Notes: a model not told the origin generated them from the letters alone. DNA of 64,000 nucleotides from an uncultured Clostridia bacterium (GCA_944351415.1 CALVPQ010000004.1:86-64085), one strand, 5' to 3'. Shown: positions 49,501 through 58,769, numbered from the stretch's first letter. Made by a program: numbers and translations.

Positions 49501-52500
49501 CACCTGAAATGCTTCTTATTGTGAATCTATCACCCCTTTCAACATCACCAAAGAGAGCTGTGAGGTCTATTGTTTTATCAAGTGTTGTGATTGTTATAAG
49601 TTGTGGCTGGCCATTAATCTCATCAGAACCATCTATTGGTGTTATTAGAACTGTCATATCACTTGTTACAGACACATCTAATGTGGTTATGATTTGTTCT
49701 TCACCACCTTCAACACCTTCGGTTCCTATTGAGTCTATTGTTATATTTCCATTTACTAAATTGCTATTGATTAAAGGTATTTGTTTTGTGATATTAAATC
49801 TCTTTTGATTTTCATTTAATGTTGTTGCACCAAATACATTATCAAGTTCCACCATATTTTCACTGTCGACATCACTTTCTAAAAATTCTGAATTTCCATT
49901 ATAGCCATAGACAGAATTATCAACAATAACGTCTGGAATGACTTTGAGAACATAATAGAATTCTCGACTGTCGCTTGAATTTGAAATTGTGTATCTTAGT
50001 GCCAAATAGAAGTTATCCATAGTGCTTGTAAGGTGATTAAGAGAAAGCTCTGCCACCCTTTCATAAACACCACTTTCAACTTGTTGTGTTTCTATAGAAA
50101 TTAATTTTTCAATTTCAGAATTTGCTTGAACCGAACCTGTTGTGTCTACAGGATAATAATCTACACTTATTGAAAAACTTGGATTTGAAAGCATATATAA
50201 GCCATTTGACAACTCTTCTCCAAAGGTATATTCACTTAAAATTTGTGTTACCTGACCTGCGGATACTGTGTCGTATATTCCATTTTCTATAAGTGTATTA
50301 GGTTCAGTCATTGCAGTTGCAAGTTTATCTGCATTATCAACTCCGCTTTCATAATTTACATAATCAAAACCAATAGATGAAATTATGATTGGCACATACA
50401 TTACTGCAATAGTTCCAGGGAACTCTGGTTTTTCACCATTGTTTTCATTATCTGAGCCAAAGTATACAACCATAAATAATTCTTCGCCATCAAGACCTTG
50501 GAATAATCTATTGCTTGAATTTCTTGTTGTAAGCCTTGTTCCTGTTAATGAAACAGCCATTCCTGTTTCATCTTCAACAATATGCCCTGTTGAATCGTAG
50601 GTTACACCTAAATAATTAGTGGTTGATTCTGCATTGCCTGATGTTGAGTATGTTCTTAAGTTGCCATAAATATTAAATCCATTATTTTCAGTTGTTCTTA
50701 CAAAATCATCATTTAAGAACCATGTTCCTTCTTGAAGCATGATATATTCAGTTGAACCTATATTTTGAACTTCTGCCTTTATATTATAGTCAGAATCATA
50801 AGATATAAGTGATGCTATATATTCATAAAGGTCAAAATTATCGCCTTCACTATTTGTATATAATCTTATTTTGATTTCAATAGAGCCAAGTTCCACTCTG
50901 TTTATTATAGTGTTATTAGCCCCACGAACTAAATAATTAATATATAGTGTTGTGGTAAGTTCAGTTGTGTTATAGTCGAATACAAAGAAAGCATCTTCAC
51001 TCTTTGTTATGTTTCCGTTTTCATAAACTAAATAATCTGAGAATACATATTCCACATCAATTCCGGTAATAGCCGTATCGACTTCGCTTCCACCAGCTGT
51101 TGACATTCTACGCAGGCTTACAAAATCAGATTCAACATAGTTTGTTCCACTATTTATTATATAGTAAACATTTTGTTGGTCGTATATAGCAAGGTCTCGC
51201 GTTACAACAAAACTTATTGTTATGCTTAATGTGAAGTTATTATCACCATCTGGAGCAAAGATTACTGAGTATGTTTGAGATGGCTCATTCCAAAAATCTT
51301 CAAATATTATCGTTCCAGCTGAAATTGTTTCATCTCCCATTGCGTAGTCTTTTACATAGAAAATTCCTACATAAGATGTTGCACTTTCTTCTAGAATATA
51401 ATTATTTCCACTTCTTACAATATAATAGAGTGATTCGCCATCATCATAGAGTGAAGCCAAAGAATTATCATAAGCTTGTGACAAGCTGTTTAGATAATTA
51501 TTTGTTACAGTATTTTCAAGTTCTAGTGAAGCACTTGCATATAAGGTTTCACCATTATTTGGATAATTTTGTGATGAAACTGATACGTTTGGCAAAAGGG
51601 TTAAGCTTAATGTTGAACTAATTGCCCCATTTTCGCCAGTATCTGAAATGGTAAATCTTATTATATGGTCTACTGAAAAATCTTTATTAATTAAAATACT
51701 TGTGATTGATTGACCACTTAAGGCTGCTCTTATTGATGCTGCAGTGCCATCTAGCCCTGATATTATACCCGTCTCACTATAAAGTGTAAGCATTCCATCA
51801 TATCCAAAAAGGTCTTCAATCATCTCATCGGTTATAGTGCTATCATTTAGATATTGTTGGCTGAATTGGAAACGAATATTGTTATATTGTGTTCTATTTT
51901 CATCTTCGCCAATATAAAATCTTGCAAGTGTGTGAAGATTGATAACATCTATAGCACCATCTGATTTTGCACCATACTTACTTACTGCAATATTTGAAAT
52001 ATCTGGTTCTTCTGTATAGTTATCGTTTGTAAATGGGTCAAGTGAATCTGTGCTTTCAGCATAAGTGATACCAACAGAAGAAATATTTAAGGTCATAAGT
52101 TGCCCATGAGTTAAACTTGTTGCATTGCCATCTATACTTTCAAGTGCAAGAGAAACAACAGCACCTTGGGCTTGTCTAAATGTGAAAGTCTGTCCGTTTA
52201 AGTTGATTGCATCGGTTGAACCACTTTCAATTATAAATCTCCACTCTCCAGCAAGAGTATCTGTTCTTTGTTTTTGGTCTGTTATAGTTACATAACTGTT
52301 ATCAACACCAAGAAGCCTAGTTAAAAGTTCGGATACACTTGTAAGTTGAGTTATTTCAAGACTGATAGTTGTTGTGAAATTACCGCTTGCATTTAAAATT
52401 TGATTTACATAGATGGTGTCTTGCCCTGTTATAAAATTGTTATAATCATAAGCACCTTCTGGGGCAATTTCAATATTTGTTGCCACTGGGCTATAAATAC

Positions 52501-54829
52501 AAATATCTGTATCAACTGGAACATCTGCCACCCAATCAATATTTGAATCGTCGTCATTGTTGTAGTTTAATATAAATTGATATATGTATATACCATTTGA
52601 AATTTCAATATTCATACCTGTATTTACGTTGATTTGATATTCAAGCATTCCTTCGCCTGTTGTTCCATCAACGGTAAATTCTCTGCCTGCTATAGAGAAA
52701 TATGATGTTATATCTGTGTTTTGTGTGCTTCTAATTATAAGACTGATATGATTATTATCAAGTTCTTCTTGGAATACAGAAACAGATTCTGCATTTACCC
52801 TAAATGCCACGCTGATTGTTTGTGTTGCACCTTGATTTATAGCAATTTCACCATTTACTTCTTGGAAAGCGCTTGTATCAATTCCACCAGCTTGAACTGA
52901 ATCTTGATAAAGTGATTTTTCGCAATTTACGGTTATATACTCATTGCACATCATGGCTATGCGATATGTTCTGTTACCACTTTGGTCTTCTTCATAAACA
53001 GGAATACCATTTTCTGTTACAACAGTTGCATAATATAATCTAAATGTTCCTGTGTTTTGAAGTGTGAGCGTGCTTCCATTTATTGCAAAGAGCATAAGAT
53101 TATCAATATCAGTTGAATAATAGCCTGTTAAGTTATAATTATATCCTGTTGCACCAATTATTGTATCTACAGTTGGAACGAGAGCATCTTTTTCACCCTC
53201 TCCAAAGTATGCAAAGAACACATAATCTTTATAAATATTATCTGTTGGGATTGAAACAAGTTCATCTAAATTAATTGTATATGGATTGATGCTTCCATCA
53301 GGGTTATAGTTAAGCATAACATTAATATCACTTGAATCAGCCCAAGAAATTTCTGATTCTGTGTGTTCTTCAACTGATAATGTAAATTCGTATATCAAAG
53401 AAGGTGTGCCAAATAATGAATAACCTCCATCTTCAGTTTCAATTAAAAGAACAACACTTACATTTATATTTGCATCTTGAAGTGATAATAAATCCCAATA
53501 ACCATAGTTCAAATTTGAAACGTTTGAGAATGGCATATAGTAGTATGTTCCATCTATTTCTACCCTTTCTCCACCACTTACAGTTAAGAAAGTATTATTA
53601 CCTATGGTTGGGTCGCCTTCATTATATTCAAATGAAAGAGCTATATTTGAAAGCATATTTTCAATAATGGCACCTGATGTTGAATAGACATTGACTCCTA
53701 AAAATTCAGCATTTAAGTCGTATAGATATTGATTAATATAAAGTCTCATTGTGCTGTCTGGATTCATTGAAATTGATGAACCTGCTTTGCTTACTGTGAA
53801 ATTATATACACTTGCTGCACCTATTCTTATATTTAATTGTGAAGAAACATCGGTGGTGGTTGGTGAATCCAGATACCCTAAAACTTGAGAATAGAAAAGT
53901 TCATCTTCTGAAGTTGTATACCGATTTTCTATTGCTTTTTGTGTTGCTGCATCTTGGAAAGTATAACCCATTAGTGTTATATTATCAATTGCTTGATTCC
54001 CTGCAATAAAGCTTACTTCATATCTTCCATCATATCTTGTTGCAAGGTCACTTGAAACTACGTTTAATGGCTGGTAGTAGGCATGTTTAACACGTCTGTT
54101 ATCCTCAGTAATTGAAAGATTATCTATATCACTATAGATATATTCACTTTTTGATGGATAGAAGATGGTATCAAGGGTGAATGCCTCGCCTGTTACAATT
54201 TGGTTTGTTGTTTCGCCGACTGAGTTGATTGCCACGGTCTCTGTCATGTAAACAGGAACGTCTACTGCTATTTGTAAAGAAATTCGGGATAGCATATTAT
54301 ATTCACTTTCTGCTTGTAGTGTGGAAATTCCGCCAACAATCCATTGAATAGATTGACCATAAGCATCAAGGATTTCATTGCCTTCACTATCAACAAGATA
54401 GTTATCTCTTATAAGCAAAACAGTGAAAGGTTGCCCAAGAGTGACAACTTCTGGAACTTGTATAATTCCATTGTCTATGTATATAACACCATTGTCATCT
54501 TCAGTTGTGTTTGGTTGAGAAATGTTTGGAAATGAAAGTGTGACTGCTGTTTCTGTGACAGGGTTTGTTGATGTTGTTATTGTTAAAGTAAAATCATCTA
54601 CTACTTCAAGTTGCCCTGTGGCTTGGTTATATAATTCTTCATCATAAGAAAAAGTTATATTCTCTGGATTTATAACCCTCTCTTCAAAACCGCCTGCAAG
54701 ATAAACGCCTAGCACCGTAATGCCAGATATAACGCCAACACCTGCAATAACTAATATAAGAGTGAGCCACAGTGGCCATTTTCTGCCACCAGTTTTCTTT
54801 GCTTTCTTTTCTTTTTTCAATCTTTTCAT
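43595..54829 (-). CDS. giant (3744 aa) membrane-anchored extracellular protein, unknown function
   Basis: Single uninterrupted 11,235-nt ORF. GGTGAGGTG SD. Basic N-terminus plus one TM (WPLWLTLILVIAGVGVISGITVLGVYLAGGF). The rest is T/S/N/Y/I/D/E-rich and beta-looking, with no LPXTG. Confidence 0.85.
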   Translation of the reverse strand: MKRLKKEKKAKKTGGRKWPLWLTLILVIAGVGVISGITVLGVYLAGGFEERVINPENITFSYDEELYNQATGQLEVVDDFTLTITTSTNPVTETAVTLSFPNISQPNTTEDDNGVIYIDNGIIQVPEVVTLGQPFTVLLIRDNYLVDSEGNEILDAYGQSIQWIVGGISTLQAESEYNMLSRISLQIAVDVPVYMTETVAINSVGETTNQIVTGEAFTLDTIFYPSKSEYIYSDIDNLSITEDNRRVKHAYYQPLNVVSSDLATRYDGRYEVSFIAGNQAIDNITLMGYTFQDAATQKAIENRYTTSEDELFYSQVLGYLDSPTTTDVSSQLNIRIGAASVYNFTVSKAGSSISMNPDSTMRLYINQYLYDLNAEFLGVNVYSTSGAIIENMLSNIALSFEYNEGDPTIGNNTFLTVSGGERVEIDGTYYYMPFSNVSNLNYGYWDLLSLQDANINVSVVLLIETEDGGYSLFGTPSLIYEFTLSVEEHTESEISWADSSDINVMLNYNPDGSINPYTINLDELVSIPTDNIYKDYVFFAYFGEGEKDALVPTVDTIIGATGYNYNLTGYYSTDIDNLMLFAINGSTLTLQNTGTFRLYYATVVTENGIPVYEEDQSGNRTYRIAMMCNEYITVNCEKSLYQDSVQAGGIDTSAFQEVNGEIAINQGATQTISVAFRVNAESVSVFQEELDNNHISLIIRSTQNTDITSYFSIAGREFTVDGTTGEGMLEYQINVNTGMNIEISNGIYIYQFILNYNNDDDSNIDWVADVPVDTDICIYSPVATNIEIAPEGAYDYNNFITGQDTIYVNQILNASGNFTTTISLEITQLTSVSELLTRLLGVDNSYVTITDQKQRTDTLAGEWRFIIESGSTDAINLNGQTFTFRQAQGAVVSLALESIDGNATSLTHGQLMTLNISSVGITYAESTDSLDPFTNDNYTEEPDISNIAVSKYGAKSDGAIDVINLHTLARFYIGEDENRTQYNNIRFQFSQQYLNDSTITDEMIEDLFGYDGMLTLYSETGIISGLDGTAASIRAALSGQSITSILINKDFSVDHIIRFTISDTGENGAISSTLSLTLLPNVSVSSQNYPNNGETLYASASLELENTVTNNYLNSLSQAYDNSLASLYDDGESLYYIVRSGNNYILEESATSYVGIFYVKDYAMGDETISAGTIIFEDFWNEPSQTYSVIFAPDGDNNFTLSITISFVVTRDLAIYDQQNVYYIINSGTNYVESDFVSLRRMSTAGGSEVDTAITGIDVEYVFSDYLVYENGNITKSEDAFFVFDYNTTELTTTLYINYLVRGANNTIINRVELGSIEIKIRLYTNSEGDNFDLYEYIASLISYDSDYNIKAEVQNIGSTEYIMLQEGTWFLNDDFVRTTENNGFNIYGNLRTYSTSGNAESTTNYLGVTYDSTGHIVEDETGMAVSLTGTRLTTRNSSNRLFQGLDGEELFMVVYFGSDNENNGEKPEFPGTIAVMYVPIIISSIGFDYVNYESGVDNADKLATAMTEPNTLIENGIYDTVSAGQVTQILSEYTFGEELSNGLYMLSNPSFSISVDYYPVDTTGSVQANSEIEKLISIETQQVESGVYERVAELSLNHLTSTMDNFYLALRYTISNSSDSREFYYVLKVIPDVIVDNSVYGYNGNSEFLESDVDSENMVELDNVFGATTLNENQKRFNITKQIPLINSNLVNGNITIDSIGTEGVEGGEEQIITTLDVSVTSDMTVLITPIDGSDEINGQPQLITITTLDKTIDLTALFGDVERGDRFTIRSISGAGEIRYNETEINTVQTTITELQVIPDSEMQVWFALYNSNGELKTDAQFVTISEDERIIDLEEVFAEALEAAEAPDSTENFEIATDDILTIKIITGEGSFIYNGTRVFSDLSYVNEVESVVVGENPYFSEETWSNYIRIYFSDDYSQMYYTAYTSEQITINIKHSYQGGAQDDDLAVIGGEQYYTFILNTTTYNYSVRFEEGNSTVITDSNNEIYTWDITRESIASSDNRTLSMDIRLLEGYITGSAQSYTEVWDILQISMTGERAENQEIGLNVESAVESFTYDSSQANQGLFTITFANYISSDRQIEFTLYTEQGYLATLIINIDATASYDVKVDNNTLAGGNSYEFTDIFNIRLNGEETSLSGSDYTITLDSITSSTQDINGFDGTDFIVFDGNSTFIVADLIRSYNITLSFTITFRGGIYDGQNFTFTTNLTLGQNVVYRTSANGGVVLAGEDLIIDEDGIFSVKYSYGNTNVVYNGSSSSPAFVSIEGTTIHTDYIASDTSVDVNMIVSLYFNYNSNSDLSAVVYQTFTITFSFNVYKSVSLEANYPSPNGEELTREFIDDGTGFTNILTDFIFHKPAFNNSEGNVNRITIMQGEILEGSAVYNNAPAEINNENLSITVLSMANASVYSEINGDNVTSYSNYLPSSEIGLDENITFRRGTFTSVSGSNEIIFNDNGTDSYVTFRITYQEVSCDYTVYILTNSVVAQINYVSANIASGTYSDEGGNQTLVNYETIYVDKTSTDGLFSQNRMASVIFSNEVTAQGSYYVVFAERSGYSTDESIKFYASYPQYIDSSYSGQIANLDLGYSMANTDGSNFVYVGTYEVLLFEENMLTVGTDGIISKVTAGETITTQDATFADIRELANSDSNQSIFSSIALTNRIQLLYGGANGEPIAYSYYGIALSGFDFENYIEDTINFIPVFNNTEGNGTQGIDKDDGSTNNILDLSLNYYFMPSIDIAVDAEISSLYNYIELEVNYEIQSMVELFGVRHPTTGEYIIEGDFGADRATLTFESVNYKSRNNVSDIDENDTELVAILDGYISTYGIASEGFSIEANSDGTNRYVYLFSSAILNAGQYAYDYRLLPLGADNQGDFVLTRLTYSVPIKDSSVSYEKEFYIVVKIVPDYQITYGGNIVEVDTNSAVVSNEGNVYNIASLITVDGQNVYSSFTLTDSDSLTEGQEGHVSVRHTNGENTSVELATSNFTITMNVPGSTIEGVEYNNETNVGQKLGEDLNAIIQGTADDRVWIYDENSKTYTLREGQNTTFNSVKEVIFGTQYYYIEAVDPYGFTYILYFSLQSSYSPPEINADTIALTELGYLDFGAQYELLSVQIEEGGNNDSSSYYINAQTYPPEDVDGTVELIEITGIEAYLFSSDPTSITDSGLVAKQEGGYTIEVDENLAKWPNLSEDEEYFEVPMLNYISVDSIMFYDMEDNPIINSPIEPTEAPVLTGDTDTETQLSTEESDTTEQQTTIQTRSGTTGYTLATITSSNEVGGGETVFNGLTALRDPYRNPGSDAEQPNVVAGQEYLPFQVPRIENTDLFEESNTADAQMVVRLEYNNNGVIEYYDLKVNVTITREVSILEEEQAPVRDGEAFTLIDEFDIMSGGEDLENSDGIEFSFINDTLEVLVSGGRLTNFELYLYRDTDGDGEKERYNDTPAIVNINNTGYSWARTVYISISQYLRTNIKIGDELEIIPRDQNATFYYVYNTADDINEEIVSTSYYQYNVYLPEDSETFAINLVEDKTDNTDGSQTTDNETGSTSLTAADADRISITSIKDDIIYVENASLLEARQYYNVRKYYIVSIDFGGQGTDTPFNYRVSKNYFVTGKYYALQRESTLEIIPFVTLDGGEGSRTSTITKLGWGDAFSLLYANSNLDVNRDNPQDIANYTNYFTFTLDATDGASGNAEVDAAGTITFFDSFTYDQYIKIIIRMKVSGTDRDINNDSDASGLLTLGTLNLSWDTDYNG

Positions 54830-55211
54830 TTAAGGCACCTCACCTTCAAAATTGTATTACAATTATATTATAAATTTTTACCACAAAAAAGGCAAATAAA
54901 TTTTGCTTTTTCTTATAGTTTTATATAGTTTTAATAAACTATTATTTATTATAATTATTTAGGGCAAAAATATTTAAAAATTTAAAAATATTAAAAATAA
55001 GATTTTTATCATTTTTTATTAAATAAAAGTAGAAATTTTTATTAAAAATAGAATTTTTTATTAATTTTTATTAATTTTTTTATTTTTTTTAAAAAAATTT
55101 TAGAATTAATTTAATTTTAATATTTTCAAGTATTTTATTTCCTAAATCACTTTTTGTTGACATACACAAATTTTTCAATTATAATTAACTAAATTTAAAG
55201 GAGATTATTTT

Positions 55212-56804
55212 ATGATACAAGTTAGTAATGTGTCTTTAGCATTTGGCGGAAGAGTGCTTTATAAAGAAGTAAATTTAAAATTCACAAAAGGTAATTGTTA
55301 TGGCATAATTGGAGCAAATGGGGCAGGAAAATCAACCTTTCTTAAAATCTTGACTGGTGAAATTGAACCAAATACTGGTGAAATTTTTATTACACCTGGA
55401 GAAAGAATGAGTGTGCTTGCACAAAACCAGAATGCTTATGATAATGAAACAGTGCTTGATAGTGTTCTTCTAGGTCATAAAAGGCTTATGGAAGTGCAAA
55501 AAGAAAAAGATGCACTTTATGCAAAGCCTGATTTTACGGAAGAAGATGGATTAAGAGCTGGTGAACTTGAAACAGAATTTGCCGAACTTGGCGGTTGGGA
55601 AGCTGAAAGTGAAGCTAAAACCCTGCTTCAAAGCCTTGGAATCAGCGAGGATTTATTCTATACTCTTATGAAAGATGTTGACCCTAAAGAAAAAGTTAAA
55701 GTTTTGCTTGCACAAGCACTTTTTGGCAACCCTGATATTCTTGTTCTTGACGAGCCAACAAATAACCTTGACTTCAAAACTGTTAGATGGCTTGAAGATT
55801 TCCTTCTGGGTTTTGAAAATATTGTTATAATTGTTTCGCATAACCGTCACTTTTTAAATAAAGTCTGCACTCATATTTGTGATGTTGATTATGGAAAAAT
55901 CAATATGTATATTGGAAACTATGATTTCTGGTATGAATCAAGTCAGCTTATTCTTCGCCAGATGAAAGACCAAAATAAAAAAGCAGAACAACGAGCAAAA
56001 GAACTTAAAGAATTTATTGCGAGATTCTCAGCAAATGCTTCAAAGTCTAAACAGGCAACAAGCCGAAAACGTGAACTTGAAAAATTAACTATTGAAGATA
56101 TAAAACCTTCATCGAGAAAATACCCATATATCAACTTTGAATATACTCAAGAAATTGGCAAAGAAGTTTTAAAAGTTGAGGGCTTAAGCAAAGCTGGAAT
56201 GTTTAAAAAATTAAATTTTAACATAGAAAAAGGGCAAAAAGTGGCTTTTTTTGCGAAAAATAGTCAAGTTTTAACCACATTATTCAATATTATCTTAGGA
56301 AATGAAAAACAAGACAGTGGAAATGTGTTTATTGGAAAGACTATAAAAATTACCAACCTGCCTCAAAATAATAATGAGTATTTTGAGGGAAACACAAGTT
56401 CTATTGTGGATTGGCTTAGACAATACTCTAAAGACCAAAATGAAACATATATACGAAGTTGGCTTGGAAGAATGCTATTTACAGGTGAAGAAAACTTAAA
56501 ACCTGCAAATGTGCTTTCTGGTGGTGAACGTGTGAGGTGTATGCTTGCAAAAATGATGCTTGAACAAGGCAATCTTCTAATATTTGATGAGCCAACAAAC
56601 CATCTTGACCTTGAAAGTATTACTGCACTAAATAAAGGTATGCAAAACTTTCGTGGAAATATTTTATTTGCAACACACGACCAAGAAATTATTGAAACTG
56701 TTGCAAATAGAATTATTGATATTATTGATGAAAACCATTATAATGATTTTACTGGAACTTATGAAGAATACTTAAATTGGCTTGAAAAAAATAGCAAAAA
56801 ATAA
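55212..56804 (+). CDS. ABC-F family ATPase (YbiT-like), second P-loop degenerate
   Basis: GANGAGKST, LVLDEPTNNLD, inter-domain ARFSANASKSKQATSRKRE, LSGGERVR, LIFDEPTNHLD, no TM domain. The second Walker A position reads AKNSQVLTT. Confidence 0.88.
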   Translation: MIQVSNVSLAFGGRVLYKEVNLKFTKGNCYGIIGANGAGKSTFLKILTGEIEPNTGEIFITPGERMSVLAQNQNAYDNETVLDSVLLGHKRLMEVQKEKDALYAKPDFTEEDGLRAGELETEFAELGGWEAESEAKTLLQSLGISEDLFYTLMKDVDPKEKVKVLLAQALFGNPDILVLDEPTNNLDFKTVRWLEDFLLGFENIVIIVSHNRHFLNKVCTHICDVDYGKINMYIGNYDFWYESSQLILRQMKDQNKKAEQRAKELKEFIARFSANASKSKQATSRKRELEKLTIEDIKPSSRKYPYINFEYTQEIGKEVLKVEGLSKAGMFKKLNFNIEKGQKVAFFAKNSQVLTTLFNIILGNEKQDSGNVFIGKTIKITNLPQNNNEYFEGNTSSIVDWLRQYSKDQNETYIRSWLGRMLFTGEENLKPANVLSGGERVRCMLAKMMLEQGNLLIFDEPTNHLDLESITALNKGMQNFRGNILFATHDQEIIETVANRIIDIIDENHYNDFTGTYEEYLNWLEKNSKK

Positions 56805-56869
56805 CTTTGCTATTTTTTATATTTTTAAGGAAAATACAACCTTTTTTAAAAAAAATAAGCTTTTATACA

Positions 56870-56907
56870 AAAAAAGATGCAAAATTATAATGATTTGCAT
56901 CTTTTTT
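56870..56907. terminator. bidirectional terminator
   Basis: AAAAAAGATGCAAA (56870-56883) pairs with TTTGCATCTTTTTT (56894-56907). Confidence 0.75.
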
Positions 56908-56918
56908 ATTATATTAAT

Positions 56919-57518
56919 TTATCTACCCATAGAAAAACAATCTTCATCTTCGCGTTCTTCATATTTTCTTTCTTTCTTTTTTGGCAGTGGTTCTTTTAAT
57001 TGATTTACTGAGTCTTTTATCTCGCTAATAATTGTTTTGTGTGTAGGTTCCATATTCACTGCACTTGTTATCCCTTTAGCAACACCAATACCTATCCCTG
57101 TGATTGTTGTGATGCCACTTAATAGTTTAAGACCTAAAATGTTATCGCGGTCTTTTAATATGGCTGGGGATTGAGAAGTATTATATAATTTCTCTTCGAT
57201 ATTGCTTTCACTTGATGAAATATCTTCTATTAAAGCATCATATCTCTCTTGAAATTCTGCTGTTGATATTTCCCCTTTTCTATAAGCTTCCTCAAGATTT
57301 ATTAGTGTTGCCTTCAATCCTTCTACTCTTAACTCTTCTTGTTCTCTTAGTTCTTCAAAATTTTCTGAAGAATAGAATTCAGCCTTAGATTTATTTTCCA
57401 AAACTGCTGACCCAACAGCACAGCCAACACCAGATGCAATAAAGAATGAGCCAAGTCCGAGAAGAGCGGATAAGCCCACAATTTTAAGACCTCTTTTAAC
57501 TTTTTTGATTATACTCAT
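56919..57518 (-). CDS. membrane protein with coiled-coil and Gly-zipper segment, unknown function
   Basis: AAGGAG SD. N-terminal TM, EELREQEELRVEGLK coiled coil, GITTITGIGIGVAKGITSAV. Confidence 0.6.
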   Translation of the reverse strand: MSIIKKVKRGLKIVGLSALLGLGSFFIASGVGCAVGSAVLENKSKAEFYSSENFEELREQEELRVEGLKATLINLEEAYRKGEISTAEFQERYDALIEDISSSESNIEEKLYNTSQSPAILKDRDNILGLKLLSGITTITGIGIGVAKGITSAVNMEPTHKTIISEIKDSVNQLKEPLPKKKERKYEEREDEDCFSMGR

Positions 57519-57667
57519 AATATCTTCTCCTTTAAAAAATCAAGACTTTCTTAAAGTCTTGACTTTAATTTCAACACTTTAAAAAGCGAGTTTTATATAT
57601 TCTTGCGTCTTTAAAACATTGTAAAAATTAAAATATACAACTTTTATATAACTATTATTAAAATAGC

Positions 57668-58675
57668 TTATTGATTTTCAATATCCTCGTCATGAGAACT
57701 TTTTGTAGAACCATATACTTTATTTACTTTAAGCTTATCTTTGCGAGCATAGCCTATTTTGTTGGCAAGTTCTTCGCCGTTCTTTACAAACTTAACAATC
57801 ATAGAAAGTTCGTAAATATTTTCTATTCTTGGAGTGACAGTTTTTATATCTTTTCCTTTATTTAAAGCATCAATAAGCTGGATAACTTTAAGTAAGCTAC
57901 GTTTTGCTCCGCTTTCCATAGTTTTCTTGTCTACACCTTTATCCCAACCAAAAGATGCTTGAAGATTGTTATAGTCTTCTAAATACTCAACAACACTCTT
58001 GCTCCATTCACTATGTAGACTTTGTGGTATAACTTTTTTACCACGAGCTATAATTTCTTCTATGCTAATTTCTCCATTTTCTTGAAGTCTTTTCTTTCTA
58101 TTAACACTATTGCTAGCATAGAACTTATCATATTTAGCTTTATCTTTTTGAGACATTCCATAAACTTTTGCATAAATTGTTTCAACTGTGTCAAACTTTG
58201 TGAATACACAGGCATCATTAAGTCTGTAAAAAACATTATTTCCTTCTGCTTGTTCTTTGCGGAAATCTTTAATAAAGTCTGCTAAGCTTCCTTCAAATTG
58301 TTTATCAGTGGCATTTAACATTGTAAGTGCATTTTTATAGCATCTTACAATACGTTCGTCACGACCTAACCCTTCTCCAAAGTTTTGTAAAACTGAAACA
58401 GCCTTTTCAGCTATTCCTAAACAAGTTTCTTTATAATCTCCTGGAAGTTGGTAATAATTTGCATGTAAAACATCTACTTCCCAATTATCATTAACTTTTC
58501 TATAAACTGATGGAACAAATGCAGTTTTACTGCCAAACTGTGCATCAAGGCTTGCAACAGAGTTTGCATCTTTTACTACAAACCATCTTGGTTCGTCGTT
58601 AAGTATTGCTAGAATATCTCTTTTCCATTCTTCATGTTCTTGAAATGCAATATTTTCTAATAATTTATTATCCAT
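57668..58675 (-). CDS. hypothetical cytoplasmic protein
   Basis: 335 aa, AAGGGGAG SD, hairpin plus T-run downstream (57540-57565 on the - strand). No motif recognised. Confidence 0.65.
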   Translation of the reverse strand: MDNKLLENIAFQEHEEWKRDILAILNDEPRWFVVKDANSVASLDAQFGSKTAFVPSVYRKVNDNWEVDVLHANYYQLPGDYKETCLGIAEKAVSVLQNFGEGLGRDERIVRCYKNALTMLNATDKQFEGSLADFIKDFRKEQAEGNNVFYRLNDACVFTKFDTVETIYAKVYGMSQKDKAKYDKFYASNSVNRKKRLQENGEISIEEIIARGKKVIPQSLHSEWSKSVVEYLEDYNNLQASFGWDKGVDKKTMESGAKRSLLKVIQLIDALNKGKDIKTVTPRIENIYELSMIVKFVKNGEELANKIGYARKDKLKVNKVYGSTKSSHDEDIENQ

Positions 58676-58769
58676 AATTCACTCCCCTTTATTTTTTAAA
58701 GTTATAACTTAATTATAGTCTGATTTGTTAAAATGTCAATACCAAAATAAAAAAATTATCCGCTTTTTG

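Noticed and set aside
45738-54535. About ten 60-116-aa plus-strand ORFs inside the giant gene
   Set aside because: All are antisense to one uninterrupted 11.2-kb ORF. They are short, have no SDs and are low-complexity.
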